Assembly: GCA_964252035.1 (NCBI GenBank)
Contig: OZ176204.1
Strand: one strand, 5' to 3'
Length of the DNA: 64,000 nucleotides
Source: Podarcis erhardii
Taxonomy: Eukaryota
Shown here: piece by piece, positions 23,482 through 36,341 of the stretch
How positions within the stretch are numbered: the first letter of the stretch is position 1
Layout of the letters: each line of letters starts with the position of its first letter
Made by a program: the position numbers and the translations under genes
Notes under the pieces: model-generated
Seen by the model: only the letters and a program-made list of their open reading frames with translations
The model's database searches: none
Told to the model about the DNA's origin: nothing

Positions 23482-25027
23482 TAAAAAGGATGTGTAGACC
23501 ATGCCCAATGAAACGGGAAACATTTGGATGGAAGTACCTGAAGGGAAAGACTGCAGGGAAAGAGCCTTGGTGGGAGGAGGATTTAGCCCCCTCTTGGCTC
23601 CACACATTGGCCTCACCACCCCATTTTCTATATATGACTAGGGAAGACTGCAGTTTAAACAAATGGGTCTGCCACCAATCAAGTGTAATCTGATAGTTTC
23701 TGAACGGTTGGTGGTGCGCTAGCCAGGAGGCAACCAAGCAAATGTTTGATCGTCACCATTTCACCATGCAGCAAAACAGGAAGTTTCATTCACAGTACGG
23801 TGCATGGACATGTATGCAAGAAAACTCTGTTAACTGCTTCTTTTAGGGAGAACGGCAGCTTCAGGAGGGGGTGGTTTGGAGAAAGGCAGGGTGGGGTGCT
23901 TGCCATTTCAGTGGCCCGCCATTTCCCCCTGCAGTCCCTGCAACTCTTTCCCCATCTGCTCTTCTTTCATAGAGTTCAGCAACTAAACCCGCACATGCAA
24001 ATGAGCAGGTGAAGTTGGGGAGTGGGTGGGTCAAGGGGAAATGGCAATATAATATGAAAACTTTTGAAAATCTTGGATTTTTTTATTTTTTTTAAGTGGC
24101 AGTTTCTTACAGTAATCTTTCTTAGGCTCTTTGAGGTAGAAAATGAAAAAAGAAAAAAGAACGGAAAGATCACAACATGTTTAATGAAAACCACTTAGAG
24201 ATTTTAACAGTTAAGGAGTATACACACTTCATTAAATAAACACATAAATGTTTAAAAAGTGGGAAGCTAGTTTTTTTTAAAGGTCTGTTTTGCTGGTATC
24301 ATGGCTATCTATATAATACTGGGAAATGATTTGCTAATTGCCTATTAATTGTACCTCTTAATGAAATAGATGGAACACGTGGAACAGGCGAAAGAAAGCT
24401 AGGGAGAATAGCTTTGGCATACCATGCAAGTTATTTATTTTGAAATAGTGCAATCCAGGCACAGTTCAATTTGCCCAAGATCCATTAAGACCAGTCTCAC
24501 AACTGGACGATGAAGCACTTAAAAGTTACCTAACTTTCAGTGGGCCCAAGTGCCATATCTGAATTATAACCGTTGTTTTGTAACTTGTAGGGCTAAGAAA
24601 AGAAAAGCTCCACCTGCATAATAGATTGTGAAACATCCTGCATTGGGCACTAACCATCTAGACATCATAAAAAGTGTGACGACATTTATTGGAAGCTGAA
24701 ACTTTACAACTGAGTGGATCTACTGGAGTAAATGGGAATAAAAAGTGTACACTTCAAGGGGGTCTTTTTTTTGTGTGGGGAGGGGGAGAGGCTTTGTAGT
24801 GGATTACTTCATATAGTTCATATAGCCTCTTCTCAGACTGGAGCCTTATATCTGAAAGGCCCTCCAATACAATTCTGTAATGTTTGAGTGTATACAGAAA
24901 TGTATGCTTTCAGTTGACCTACTTTCTAAAACAGGTGTGTGTTAAATGATATGACTGCACTTTCCCCATTTTTGTTTTTGGTTTAATGACTGTAGATATA
25001 CAACACTCTGCCACAGACACTCACGTA

Positions 25028-25028
<1 letters not shown>

Positions 25029-25060
<32 letters not shown>
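25029..25060. repeat. (AAT)n microsatellite
   Basis: Direct reading. Confidence 0.95.
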
Positions 25061-25655
25061 TACACTAGCATCTGCTGGGGATTACTTCAATAAATAAGCA
25101 GTAAAGGCCACCCGAACATATTTGTGAATGCATTCGTAGAGATTCTAGAGAAGCTTGTGCACTTCTGAAATTCAAAGCCGCACAGTGCAATGAAGCCCAT
25201 TTGTAGTGTCAATGATGAACGCTGCTTTAAATTAATATCTGGAATTCCATAGGGTTGCATCTATTGGTTGCATGAGAAAAAGCCTCTCCTAGGGGACTGA
25301 TGCACTCTGTCCTTGCTGCACCATAGAATTGTAGAGTTGGAAGGGACCCCAAGGGTCCTGCAGTCCAACCCCCTGCAATGCAGGAATCTCAGCTAGCTGC
25401 AGTGTGAGGGAGAATCCCTTGAAAATGGGCAAAGGAACACTGCACCCAAGGGAGCTCCATTTCATGCAGAGTTCCTCCACCTGATGTGAGACAGTTCTCC
25501 CCTTGTGCTGAAGTTCTGCGTTGACAGAGCCCACACTGTTCAGGATCCTCCTACCTCAGTCCTCCGACAAGGCTTTTTTGGGATTTGCAGAGGGCAGGAA
25601 AGGAAGGGGAACAATTCTGCCACTGAATACAACTCATGGTGCTCTACATACATTA

Positions 25656-25881
25656 CAGTGGTACCTCAGGTTACATACGCTTCAGGTTACAGACTCCGCT
25701 AACCCAGAAATAGTGCTTCAGGTTAAGAACTTTGCTTCAGGATAAGAACAGAAATCGTGCTCCAGCGGCGTGGCAGCAGCAGGAGGCCCCATTAGCTAAA
25801 GTGGTGCTTCAGGTTAAGAACAGTTTCAGGTTAAGAACAGACCTCCGGAACGAATTAAGTACTTAACCCGAGGTACCACTG
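25656..25881. mobile_element. Tc1/mariner-type MITE (CAGTGGTACCTC family)
   Basis: ta|cagtggtacctcagg ... cgaggtaccactg|ta. Confidence 0.9.
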
Positions 25882-26211
25882 TATAGTCGGTGCACTTTGT
25901 AAACAACCCAGTAAGTGAGATCACTATTATTAGCCCCATGTTTCAGATGTTGGAGTGAGGCTCCAAGGGAGTAGCTTGTTCAAATGCAGTTTTGTGTGTT
26001 TGTGTGTGTGTGTGTTTAAAGGGGAAGGATTTTCTGGCTGGCAGCTAAGCCACAAAGAACCAAGTGACACATGATACCCTAATTCAGTGACTGACTCTCC
26101 TGAAAATTTGCCCCTAAAAGAAGCCATGGGGTTTCCTAATTTGGACAGAGACCATGACAAGGAGGATGCGGCTGATTCTTTAATACAGATCCCTCCTCTA
26201 AGTTACTATTA

Positions 26212-26535
26212 AAGGTAAAGGGACCCCTGACCATTAGGTCCAGTCGCGGACGACTGTGGGGTTGCGGGGCTCATCTTGCTTTATTGGCCGAGGGAGCTGG
26301 CAGCATGACTAAGACGCTTCTGGCGAACAAGAGCAGTGCACAGAAACACCCTTTACCTTCCCGCCGGAGCGGTACCTATTTATCTACTTGCACTTTGATG
26401 TGCTTTCGAACTGCTAGGTTGGCAGGAGCTGGACTGAGCAACGGGAGCTCACCCTGTCGTGGGGATTCGAACCGCCGACCTTCCGATCAGCAAGCCCTAG
26501 GCTCTGTGGTTTAGACCACAGCGCCACCTGCGTTC
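26212..26535 (-). mobile_element. Sauria SINE
   Basis: (ACCTTT)-type tail read as aaaggtaaag on +, typical Sauria body, 14-bp TSD ctaagttactatta (26198-26211, 26536-26549). Confidence 0.9.
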
Positions 26536-26611
26536 CTAAGTTACTATTAGGAGGAACTAATAGTGAAACCATGGTGGCTGCGTATTTCCCCCTTCATGGT
26601 TAATCACAGCT

Positions 26612-26612
26612 C

Positions 26613-26655
<43 letters not shown>
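26612..26655. repeat. Compound (TG)n(AG)n microsatellite
   Basis: Direct reading. Confidence 0.95.
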
Positions 26656-27860
26656 ATGAGAAAGCATTAGTCTCCCCTCCTCCTGGTTCCCAATCCAAAT
26701 CAAGAGTGTGGGGGTGGGAATGGATGGGTGCAAAGCTGAAATAAAAAGAAATACCACGGGAGATCCAATCATAGATTTCTGCACAAGTTGCAAAGTTTGG
26801 TGGCACTAAGTTACACTAACTCCGTCCGAGCTATTAATATTGAGCACACAGCATATTTAAGAGGCTGGATATCAACTAGCAGATCAGATTTAGGCACCTA
26901 AATGCAGCACTCTCCTCTTCCTAAACACTTTAGGACAGGACAGTTTTGCATCTGAACCACAGGAAAATTCCCAGTTCAGAACATGAGTAGTTCATGGTGC
27001 CAATCACTTTAAGAAGATTTATGACATAAGCTGGCAAAACACAAACTTTAAATGAAGGTAGAGCACACCTCCCTTGACTCACTCAGTTGTAAAATTGATT
27101 TTAAACTAAAAATTAAAAAAATTGTCTGTTTCCCGAATTTGATTTGTGACAGCGTTTATGTTCACTTTAATGCATTTGACTTTCCTTTCGATTTGGTCAG
27201 AAAAGCAATCTCTCCAATTTATTAAAATGAGTTTCACAGGAGAGCCCTCATAGGCACCCAATGCCTTTCCCTTGCAGACATTCCCGTAGTACGTTTTATT
27301 TGAAACAGCATCTTATTGTGGTCTCTTCAGTAGACTTGGCTACTCTGTTCAATTTTGTTTCTTATTGCTTTGCTCCCTATCACAGTTTCTCATGTTAATA
27401 TCAAGAGACAATCAGAAATGTGACTGCATAAACAAAAGCAAATCTTGAAGCATTTATGTCATTCCCATACAAAATCATATTTTGATGCGTTGACATATTT
27501 TAATTTTAAAACCATCAAAAGGGCCTAATCAACATTATGAAACAGCCGCCTTGCAAGTTTTATTTGGTGGTGGAGGAAGAGAACTTTGAAGTTATCAGGA
27601 ACTCATCTGCAATCTACGCAGGTTTGATACCAGGGGTTGGTCCTGCCAGGAAACAAGAGCATCTCCTATAAGGCCCATAGGAGTTTGCTTCTGGAAGTTA
27701 AAACACAGCTGCCTCCTCTACTACAAGTGTAGGGTGGTGGAGGTGGAAGGAAGGCCTGAGCCACAATGCTATATATAGAGAATGTGTAATGGGCAGGCTG
27801 CTGGTTCAAATTCTGGCATGGCAAAATCTCAGCCCAATCCCTAATACAGAGATATGGTGA

Positions 27861-28160
27861 GATCACTGCCTTGCCGTGGCGAAGGGGCTTGAACAACTCA
27901 GAGAAGCTATGAGCTATGCCGTGCAGGGCCACCCAAGATGGACAGGTCATAGTGGAGAGTTTTGACTAAATGCGATCCACCTGGAGCAGGAACCGGCAAG
28001 CCACTCCAGTATCCCTGCCAAGAAAACTCCATGGACAAAGACAACAGGCATATAAAAGTAATGGACTGCGGGAGGCAGTGGAAGACAGGAGTACCTGGCA
28101 TGCTCTGGTCCGTGGGGTCACGAAGAGTCGGACACAACCAAACGACTAAACAACAACAAA
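27861..28160 (+). mobile_element. BovB/RTE-derived short element (5' head joined to 3' tail)
   Basis: 5' cactgccttgccgtggcgaaggggcttg...aagccactccagtatccctgccaagaaaactccatggac joined to 3' tggtccgtggggtcacgaagagtcggacac...(caa)n. Confidence 0.8.
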
Positions 28161-29413
28161 AAGCCTCACTCACTCTCTCTCTCCCCATTATGGGGTGCAT
28201 TATTCTTCATATTCCATAAGGCCACTATAGCAATTTCTTCACCTATGATACTTTCAGATTTAGAGGTTAGGTTATTTACAGGGCTTTTTTTCCCTTTTCA
28301 GCTGGAGCTCACCAGAGCTCAGCTCCAGCATCTCTCAGGTGAGAACCACTGTCATTCTAAGAGAACAAGGGAGAAGTTCATGGTGAGCTCTGGCACCTCT
28401 TTTTCTAGAAAAATAGCACTGGATATTTAGAGGCAATCCCCTCCTGTCCCCAGTCAACTGAAGTCTCGAAAACATTACCCCAGACTTCTTATATAACATA
28501 GCTGACCTCCCGCTGTGCAAAATTTCCATGTAATATGGAACAAAAGCTTGCAACCTCACTATACCTCTTGGCTGGCTAGAGTGGGGAATTCAAGGAACGA
28601 GAAGCCAACTCAGAGCATGCTGGAAATACCCCTCTGTGTTTGCTAGAGAAAATAAAAATGTTGGTTTTGAAGAAAATCTGGGAATGCCACAAGGCATGAT
28701 GTGAATGCATTCATTCATTTACCAGCTCTCCTGCCATTCACCCCATGAAGGGCTAGCTTCAAAGAGGGAATCAAAAGCAGCAAAACAAGACTCCAAATTC
28801 TTCTATCCCAATTTATTATTTAAAGCTGTTTTGTACACTAGCAAAGCATACCTATTTCGTCAAGAAAGGCCCCTGGAAGGCTCAGCCAGTGCCTCACTGA
28901 AAGTAGCTCTGTTTAGCAGCCGTCTTATGCTTAAACCATTCCCTGGGTCAGTACAGCAGCTCCAGTGATGTGTTCCATTATCACATTAAGAAGAAATAAT
29001 TTTGTGGTTACCATGTTGCAGCACAGTTGCCTCCAATGCCCAGCTAATGAATTGTGTTCCCTTGAGCCTGACTCCCCCCACCCTCTCGCTCCCCCTCTTT
29101 ATTCTTGAAATGGTGTTATTAAATCTGTTACTCAAAGTCTCCTGATCTTCTTGATGCTGCTCACTTGTTTATGAATTGCCCTGCTTCCTGTTCTTAGACT
29201 TTCCAACAACAGAGGAAGTGACTGCTAAATTCAGCAAAGCACATAAAGTAGTACAACCTTGGTACGGGGTATGGCCTAACCTTAGTATCACGTTACTGTG
29301 ACACCAGGTAACAGCTAGGATGAAGAGAGAAAGAGAGCAGGCAGGCTTATTGCTTCTCTTCTTCCATTGCCCCCACCAGATCTTAACCGAGAACAAACAG
29401 TTTAGTTACATGC

Positions 29414-29562
29414 CTGTACGATGCTGCTGTAGTCAGGGATGTCTTCAGGAACAGTGGCTTCGTAGCTGCTTTGAAGGAAGATTGGCCGGTTGTCATTCAC
29501 ATCCAGCACAGTGACATATACAGTAGCTGTCCCAGTCCTCCGTTTGCCTGTTGGACCGTTAT
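29414..29562 (-). CDS. CDH23: CDH23 exon ~28 (149 nt): (D)[51 protein letters not shown] donor
   Basis: ttctcacag|ATAACGGT...GTACAG|gcatgt. The phase-0 junction needed by the next exon falls on a GC dinucleotide. Confidence 0.93.
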
Positions 29563-29699
29563 CTGTGAGAAAAAAGTGGTCCAACTTAATCTCCCAATGT
29601 TTAGGAAAGAGGCAGGTCTACTGACCTGAGCGTTGACTGAATGCAAACAAATCCAGAAGCAAGCAAGGGCAAGCAACCCAGGTACTTCCTCCTTTTCCT

Positions 29700-30582
29700 T
29701 GGTGGACAGGAGGAGTCCCCCCAACCCCAGGCGACCCCCGAGTGGAATAATGACTCAAGACAATGTGCTATGGGGTTAAAATTGGCCACAACTTTATTAA
29801 GTTTCAGATGTAGGGAGACCTTGGCTCAGGCATTGGGCGTTTATCCTTCCCGGCCCCCAGCAGGGGATCTGGGAGACTTCAGGGTTATTCAGAATGTGTG
29901 GGGATTGGGCTGGCTCTGGAGAACATATGTTCAAGCAGAGAGCCCCTCCCCCTGTTTTGCCACCGTTGGAGGTGAGAACAATGACAACCTCTCGGCATAT
30001 GGCCAATGGCTCCCCTCAAGACCCCTTTAATGGGGAACCCTGGTATCACCACTGCAATGGGGGCGTGGGTCACCGCTTCATGCCCCCCCCCAACTAGGAA
30101 GATAGACTAAAGGATTCCGTCCAAGGTCTGAAACCGCCAAAGTTGTGACGTTTAGCTACGGGAAAGGCAAAACCTGCCAATGCAGGAAAATTCCTTTCCA
30201 GCCCTTCAACATTGACCCTGACATAGAAGCGCCTGCGTACCTGTGGAGAAGAGGTTAACCTGCAAAAGATGACTTAACTGAGGGAGGGGAGGGTGGGAGA
30301 AGCTCTGGAGCCGACTGCCGCTTTGCAGGTAAGATTCACCTTCTGTTGTGTGGGCAGGACGGTCCCTCCCCTTACCTGGCCAATCCCCTGGCAACGCCTC
30401 CCCAGGCGGAATTGGGCAGTTGGCTGAGGTAGGCGGAGACCTCCAGGTATCCAGCCTGGGGAGGATGAAGCCAGCCCGAACTACCAGGAGTCCCACTGGG
30501 ATCCGGGGGGTGGTGGTGTGCGACCACGCAAAGGGCGCCCCCATTTGATGTGGGAGCGGTCATTCTCAAATCATTCCACACA
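29700..30582 (-). mobile_element. Candidate solo LTR (~880 bp), same strand as CDH23
   Basis: TG...CA ends with short imperfect inverted repeat; flanks ttcct/ttccg; minus-strand AATAAAGTTGTGGCC ~95 nt from the 3' end; GC-rich relative to its surroundings. Confidence 0.55.
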
Positions 30583-30652
30583 TTCCGTCTGAGTCCAAAT
30601 TTCTGGGGGGCACCTTAAACTCTATCAGTTCCAGGTAAGAAGGTAAGAGCAG

Positions 30653-30746
30653 CTCCCCCTGTATCAGGCCAAAGGCCCACCTAATCTCCCCCTGTATCAG
30701 GCCAAAGGCCCACCTAATCTCCCCCTGTATCAGGCCAAAGGCCCAC
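30653..30746. repeat. 33-bp tandem repeat, ~2.85 exact copies (ctccccctgtatcaggccaaaggcccacctaat)
   Basis: Units start at 30653, 30686 and 30719. Confidence 0.95.
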
Positions 30747-30849
30747 TGGTCTCACTGTGGCCAACCAATACATTTATAGGAAGCCCACAAGCAGGACGTA
30801 AGTACAACCTGCCCCACTTGTGATTCTCAGCAACCAGTATGGAGATGCA

Positions 30850-31200
30850 CAGCAGTTTTTCAGAGGTATACCAGAGCCATGGCTAGCTTTATCCTTGTGA
30901 ATTCATCTAACTCCCTATTAAAGCCATTTAAATTGGTGGCCATTATTACATTGCCTTGTAGCAAATTGCAGCTGTGTGAAGAAGTACACACCCTTTCGTT
31001 TGCCCTAATTTTTCTGACATTCTCTTTAAACCCTTTCTCTCTACCCAACATAATTTTATAAACCTCTATCATGTCCTGCTCCCCCCAATTATTCACCATT
31101 TTTTAAAAAATAAAAAGCTCTAAATGTAACTTTTTCTCATAGAGGTAGCTGTTTCAGATCCTTGATCATTTTGGTCATCTTCTTCTGAACTTTCTCTGGG
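30850..31200 (-). mobile_element. CR1 LINE 3' fragment
   Basis: Minus-strand translation DMIEVYKIMLGREK resembles the CR1 ORF2 C-terminus. Confidence 0.65.
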
Positions 31201-32232
31201 TGTCCTCTCTTCTTCCTAGACTCTGAAAGGTCTGTAAGAGTCAAGCCTGACTAGGTTCTGAAACTAGGGACTCTCATGTGGGACTGGGACTAACATCTGT
31301 CTCCCCAGTTCCAGATTCCAGACCTACAAGGCCAACAGGGGGATCTTCCTGTTGCACTGCCAAAGAAATATTATCACAGAGAGAGTAAAACTTATAAGGG
31401 TGCCAAAGGATGGTGCTTCTAGCTGTTGAAAATATACATACATATATGGCTCCATCATAGTTAGTGTGCATTTAAAATATGATTTACTGTAAATTGCACA
31501 CACAATGTATAGGTTTATCTGTTTAACACCTGCATCAGATATATCTATTTTGCTTTGATTCTAATGTATGTCAAATTCACTGTGATTGTTTTAAGATTTT
31601 TTTTACTTCAGCTTTCTTGAAAAGCCTATGAAAGATGTTTATTAACTTGAGTGAAGCATCAGTATGAAACTGCAGAATTATTAATACCACAAAGATGTTT
31701 AATCCTACCAATTATATTCCATTTCAAATAACGTCAAGTCTTTCATAAATTTGCGCTACATGGAAAAAATTCTTTGTGATCAATAGTAGACATTGTTGAG
31801 CACTTAAATCCCATTGATTGTGCTAGTTGTCTTCATTAATCTACATTCAACCCAAGTATGTAGCGACTGGCTGCATTTCACTACACAGTACGCCAGGGAA
31901 TATTATCATTAGCAAGTTAATCAGACACAGAATTTCCCTCTCATCTAAAGCTACAAAGGGGCTTCTTTACAGAACATGAGAGAAAGGTGTGTGGAAGGCC
32001 CAGGATTAACTGGAGGTGGTTAACAAAACCATCTCGCTTCATACGGTGATGGAGATTTGCTCATGGAATTGGAAGGGAAACTTCAGAAATGGCAACAGAA
32101 GATTGCACCATTAATTTGTACGAATCATTTGCAAACTGTTTCCTCTCCACTGCACTCCAAATGAGACTGTCTGAAAGAGACACATCAGTTGCTCAGATAA
32201 CAGAAACAAAAGCGGTCCACAGGAATCCTTAC

Positions 32233-32346
32233 CAATGGCCTCCAGGATAAGCGTATAGTATGGGATGGTTTCTCTATCCAGGCTGACGACTGTTCGAACT
32301 ACTCCATCCCTAAAACCGACACTGAACTTTCCATCCTGGTTCCCAC
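32233..32346 (-). CDS. CDH23: CDH23 exon ~27 (114 nt): (G)GNQDGKFSVGFRDGVVRTVVSLDRETIPYYTLILEAI(D)
   Basis: ttttatag|GTGGGAAC...GCCATTG|gtaagg. Not in the ORF track; read manually. Confidence 0.95.
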
Positions 32347-35300
32347 CTATAAAAACGAGGGAAAGGAAAGAAGAAGAAGAAGGAATTCAAAGAAGAATGA
32401 GGGCACATATTTTTTAAAAACACACACACTTGTATTTAGGAATATGAAATGTGGAACTAAGAGCTTCAGAAAGCACATGCTCTTCTTCAATGAACATGCA
32501 TACATTTATGTGCAAACGCTACATGTCAATCACTCTGTGCACAAGATGTGAAAGATAATGCTTTTGAAATGATTAATCCACCCCAGTCAGTCTTTTTGCC
32601 CTGAGTATGTCTTTCGCTACAAGAAATTTTTACAGTTTTAGTTCTGACTGCGGTACATCAATACACAAAAAGGTCAACAACATCATTCCTAAGGGACTCA
32701 TGATCAACGTTCTGGAATGAAAAATGGATTCAAAAATTCAAGAAAAATGAGAACACACACTCCAATTATGGTTTACATGTTTTAGTTGTTATATACACAA
32801 ATATAAACTTGTTTTGTGCAATTTTTGACTATCATGGCCTGAGAATCGCAGTTTAGTCAGCCATATCTAGGCTCTTTATAATGCTACAGTTCCCATAGTT
32901 CCTGGGTAGACCTCCAACAGCTAAATAGGTCTGAAACTGGTTTCCACTTATAATGCAGAAACATCTCCTATTACTTACACAGAAGACACAAAACCACCTA
33001 TGTCCCTGCGGGACAGGATTATGGGAGACTTGACTATGGGAACAATCCTTGGCACAATAAACTGGCATAAAGAAAGCCAGTGTAAATTAAGTCAGAGTAA
33101 AGTAACAATAGATCCATACCGAGTTCAGCAGCAACAAGCCTTTAAAGTAATGTTTCACAGCCTAATTCCCGCCCCCCCCCCCCAGTTGGTAATCAGTCTG
33201 GTAATCCAGAGATCTGCTGCGTCCTAAGGTGCTCATCCTGGTAGATCTTGCCGCAGGATTGTCTCCTAAGTGCTTCACAGAAATTTAAAGCCATTTAAGG
33301 ATTCAGTGTGAATTGTGTGTTTCCCAAAAGCATTTCTAAGAGTGCTCAAAATTTACATGGAATAGCAAAATGCAAGCCATATTGCCAGTGCTGGCCCAAA
33401 CTAGAGATTTCAAGGACTCCATCTCAGCCTCACTTGTTTTAATTTGCTGTTGAATCACGGTGGCTTTATTGCTTTAAAGGCTTTCCAAGGTTGCATGGCT
33501 TGATAATTGTGCAATGCTTTCTTTCAATCTACATTAAACATATTGATTCTTGATTCGCCGCCCCCCCCCCCATAATGTAATACTGTACATTAACCGATAA
33601 TGGTACAATAAAGATATAGAGTGTCATTGGGGACTCTGAGCAGCAGAGGGCGAAAATGGACAAGTTTTAGAGCTTTCGGAAATAATATGTGCTTGTGGAA
33701 TGCCACTCTAGGTCCAATAATCCAAGCAGGGGGGCAATGGCACCCAATAAAGAAAACTTATTTGTTTTTGGTAAGATCTGAGCCAGGACCTTCATACCTG
33801 GTTGGTTTCAGTGGGATTGTAAGGTGTGCATACTTTTAGGTCCCACTGATTTCAATTAAAGTGAGATCGCAGGCCTGCCCAGCTTGTGACACAGCAAGCT
33901 GAAATTCCCCATCAGCCATGTATGACTGTTTGTCACTGGTCAATTAATCACCTACTTTTGCTTCTTGCAAAAAACTTTAAAAAGGGGGGTCGGTCAAGTT
34001 CTTTTTTATTTTATTTTTGACCACTACAGTATAAACTGGCCACTACAGTGTAAACAAACAAAAATCTATGTGTAAAACACAGGTGGGTGGGTGTGAAAGG
34101 GTGGGGGAATAACACATTGTCAATCACATAGCAGACCATACATGTGTATGTAACAGGCTGGTGGTTCACAAACTGAGCTAGTCAGAATCACACATAACAT
34201 ACATATGTCATGGATGTTTAGGGAAGTTTTTAAATGGTTTTATAGTGTTTTTAATATTCTGTTGGGAACCGCCCAGAGTGGCTGAGGAAACCCAGCCAGA
34301 TGGACGCGGTATAAGGAATAAATGATCATTATTATTACTATTATACATAAATATTTTCCGCTGAGGTCAGTGAGGCTCAACCTTGGCTAGATTATGTTGC
34401 ATGTTTGTAATGCTTCCTGCGCATTGTTGTTAGCAAGAATTAATCCATACACAGAATGGCTGAAGTCTTCCAGGAAGTGCTGCTTTCATACAGCAACTCA
34501 TATGCCGCACAGCTTGTTTTTGCTTATCCCAACTGTCAAAAACATGGTTTAGGAAACTTTCATTTAGAGAGGCAGGCTGTCCCTTATTGCTTACCACTCA
34601 AAAACATAACTACTACAGGTTGTGCACAGGGACACAGGCTGCATCGTGCGCCATATTGGATGGCATTGCAGCCAAGGGCCCAAAAAATTCCATTATGTAG
34701 ATGGCCCTGTTTAGGAAGAGGTATCCCAAATGTTGACCACCCTGTTTCTGGACTTGAAATGATACACATGGCTGACCTATTCTGAAGGAGGAATCGTATA
34801 CAAATTCCAAAAGAATCATGCGGACATACCCAGAACTTATCTGCTATATGGAAGTAGCTCCTTACAAAGAAGATGAAGACCTATTTTCACGCCATTGTCT
34901 ACATCAGAATATGGCCTACCGGGCTGCACTTCGGCAAGCACTGCAAATGAGTTCGGCGACAATGCCTTTCTCAAATTGTCATATCCACATTCTGCAGACA
35001 TAAGGCAGCTGATGACTCTTTCAGTCTGATGAAGCATAGATAATTCTCAGGAGCAAACAACCCAAAACAGCTCTGCTATCATTTGCAAAGCATCATAGGG
35101 AAACATATGCAAATCCCCATGCAAATTAGCCGTTGCAAACCTAACAGCAGGATGAAAAGCCCCCTTGGCTGTCTTCATTTACATGAATTTCCCCACACTG
35201 CTTTGCACCAATACTCTGCACCACGGTGCCACAACCGATTCCCAAGGGGGGAAAGGAGGCTGGTTACAGACCAAGGAAGAGATGCTTCCCCAGGAATCAA

Positions 35301-35555
35301 GCTAGAGAAGTGGGGGTGGTTTGAAACAGCTATGAACCTCTCCCAAATAAGTATGGAAGAGAAGGGAGAGGAGAAAGAGCACTACTTGGTGACCGATGGA
35401 GGAGCAGAATTATGTGGTAGTTTCCTTTGCATGGAGTTAAGGGGAGAGAGGCCAAACCTTTAATAAACCAAGAGTTGGCTTATTTTTGTTCTGTGCTAAT
35501 AGGATTTTATGCCTTTACAATGTTACCCACCCTGAGCTTTGGGGCTAGGAGAAGC

Positions 35556-35710
35556 TAGGGTTGCAAGTTTTTGAGCTATTTTTAAGGAAATTCACCAAAA
35601 CCTACACTTCCAGATTTCCCCAGACATTTCAGCAATTTTTGCCCGGGCACTGTTTCCAACGGCCAAATCCTGGCAATGTCTGGGAAATTCCGGATGAATG
35701 CCAACCCTAG
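35556..35710. mobile_element. Small MITE with TAGGGTTGC(C/A)A TIRs
   Basis: tagggttgcaa ... tgccaacccta. Confidence 0.55.
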
Positions 35711-35711
35711 G

Positions 35712-36056
35712 TAAAGGGTCCCCTGACATTTAAGTCCAGTCGCGAACGACTCTGGGGTTGCAGCATTCATCTTGCTTTACAGGCCGAGGGAGCCAGCATT
35801 TGTCCGCAGACAGTTTTTCCGGGTCATGTGGCCAGCATTACTAAGCCGCTTCTGGCGAAACCAGAGCAGTGCACGGAAACACCGTTTACCTTCCCACCGG
35901 AGTGATACCTATTTATCTACTTGCACTTTTTGGTGTGCTTTCAAACTGCTATGTTGGCAGGAGCTGGGACCGAGCAACAGGAGCTCACCCAGTTGCGGGA
36001 TTCAAACCGCCGACCTTCTGATCAGCAAGCCCAAGGCTCAGTGGTTTAGACCACAG
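35712..36056 (-). mobile_element. Sauria SINE
   Basis: Same family as 26212; 12-bp TSD gccaaccctagg (35700-35711, 36057-36068). Confidence 0.88.
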
Positions 36057-36188
36057 GCCAACCCTAGGAGAGGCTAAAATCTGAAGGGAAGAAAAAGGAG
36101 GACACAGCAATAAAGATTGACTCGTATCCTCTGCCCCCTCCGAACTACATGGCTTCTACTTCTGAAGTACACCAGAAAGACTTGGTAC

Positions 36189-36341
36189 CTGTGATGAAAT
36201 AACTGAGCTCGGCATTGAGACCCACATCAGCGTCGGTGCAGTTGAGGCGGACCACTTTGAAATCACGAGGTACGTTTTCAGGAAGCGATACATTGTAGAC
36301 AGCTGGGAAGAAGGTGGGGTTCTCATCATTCACATCTAAAA
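36189..36341 (-). CDS. CDH23: CDH23 exon ~26 (153 nt): (V)LDVNDENPTFFPAVYNVSLPENVPRDFKVVRLNCTDADVGLNAELSYFIT(G)
   Basis: ctcttgtag|TTTTAGAT...ATCACAG|gtacca; ORF 36145..36402. Confidence 0.97.

Noticed and set aside
29408-29409. Canonical GT donor 4 nt inside intron ~28 as the main donor
   Set aside because: Frameshifts against the exon ~29 acceptor and breaks homology; retained only as a possible minor isoform.
30653-30746. Direct repeats of CRISPR-like length (33 bp)
   Set aside because: No spacers, eukaryotic context, no cas genes; a simple tandem repeat.
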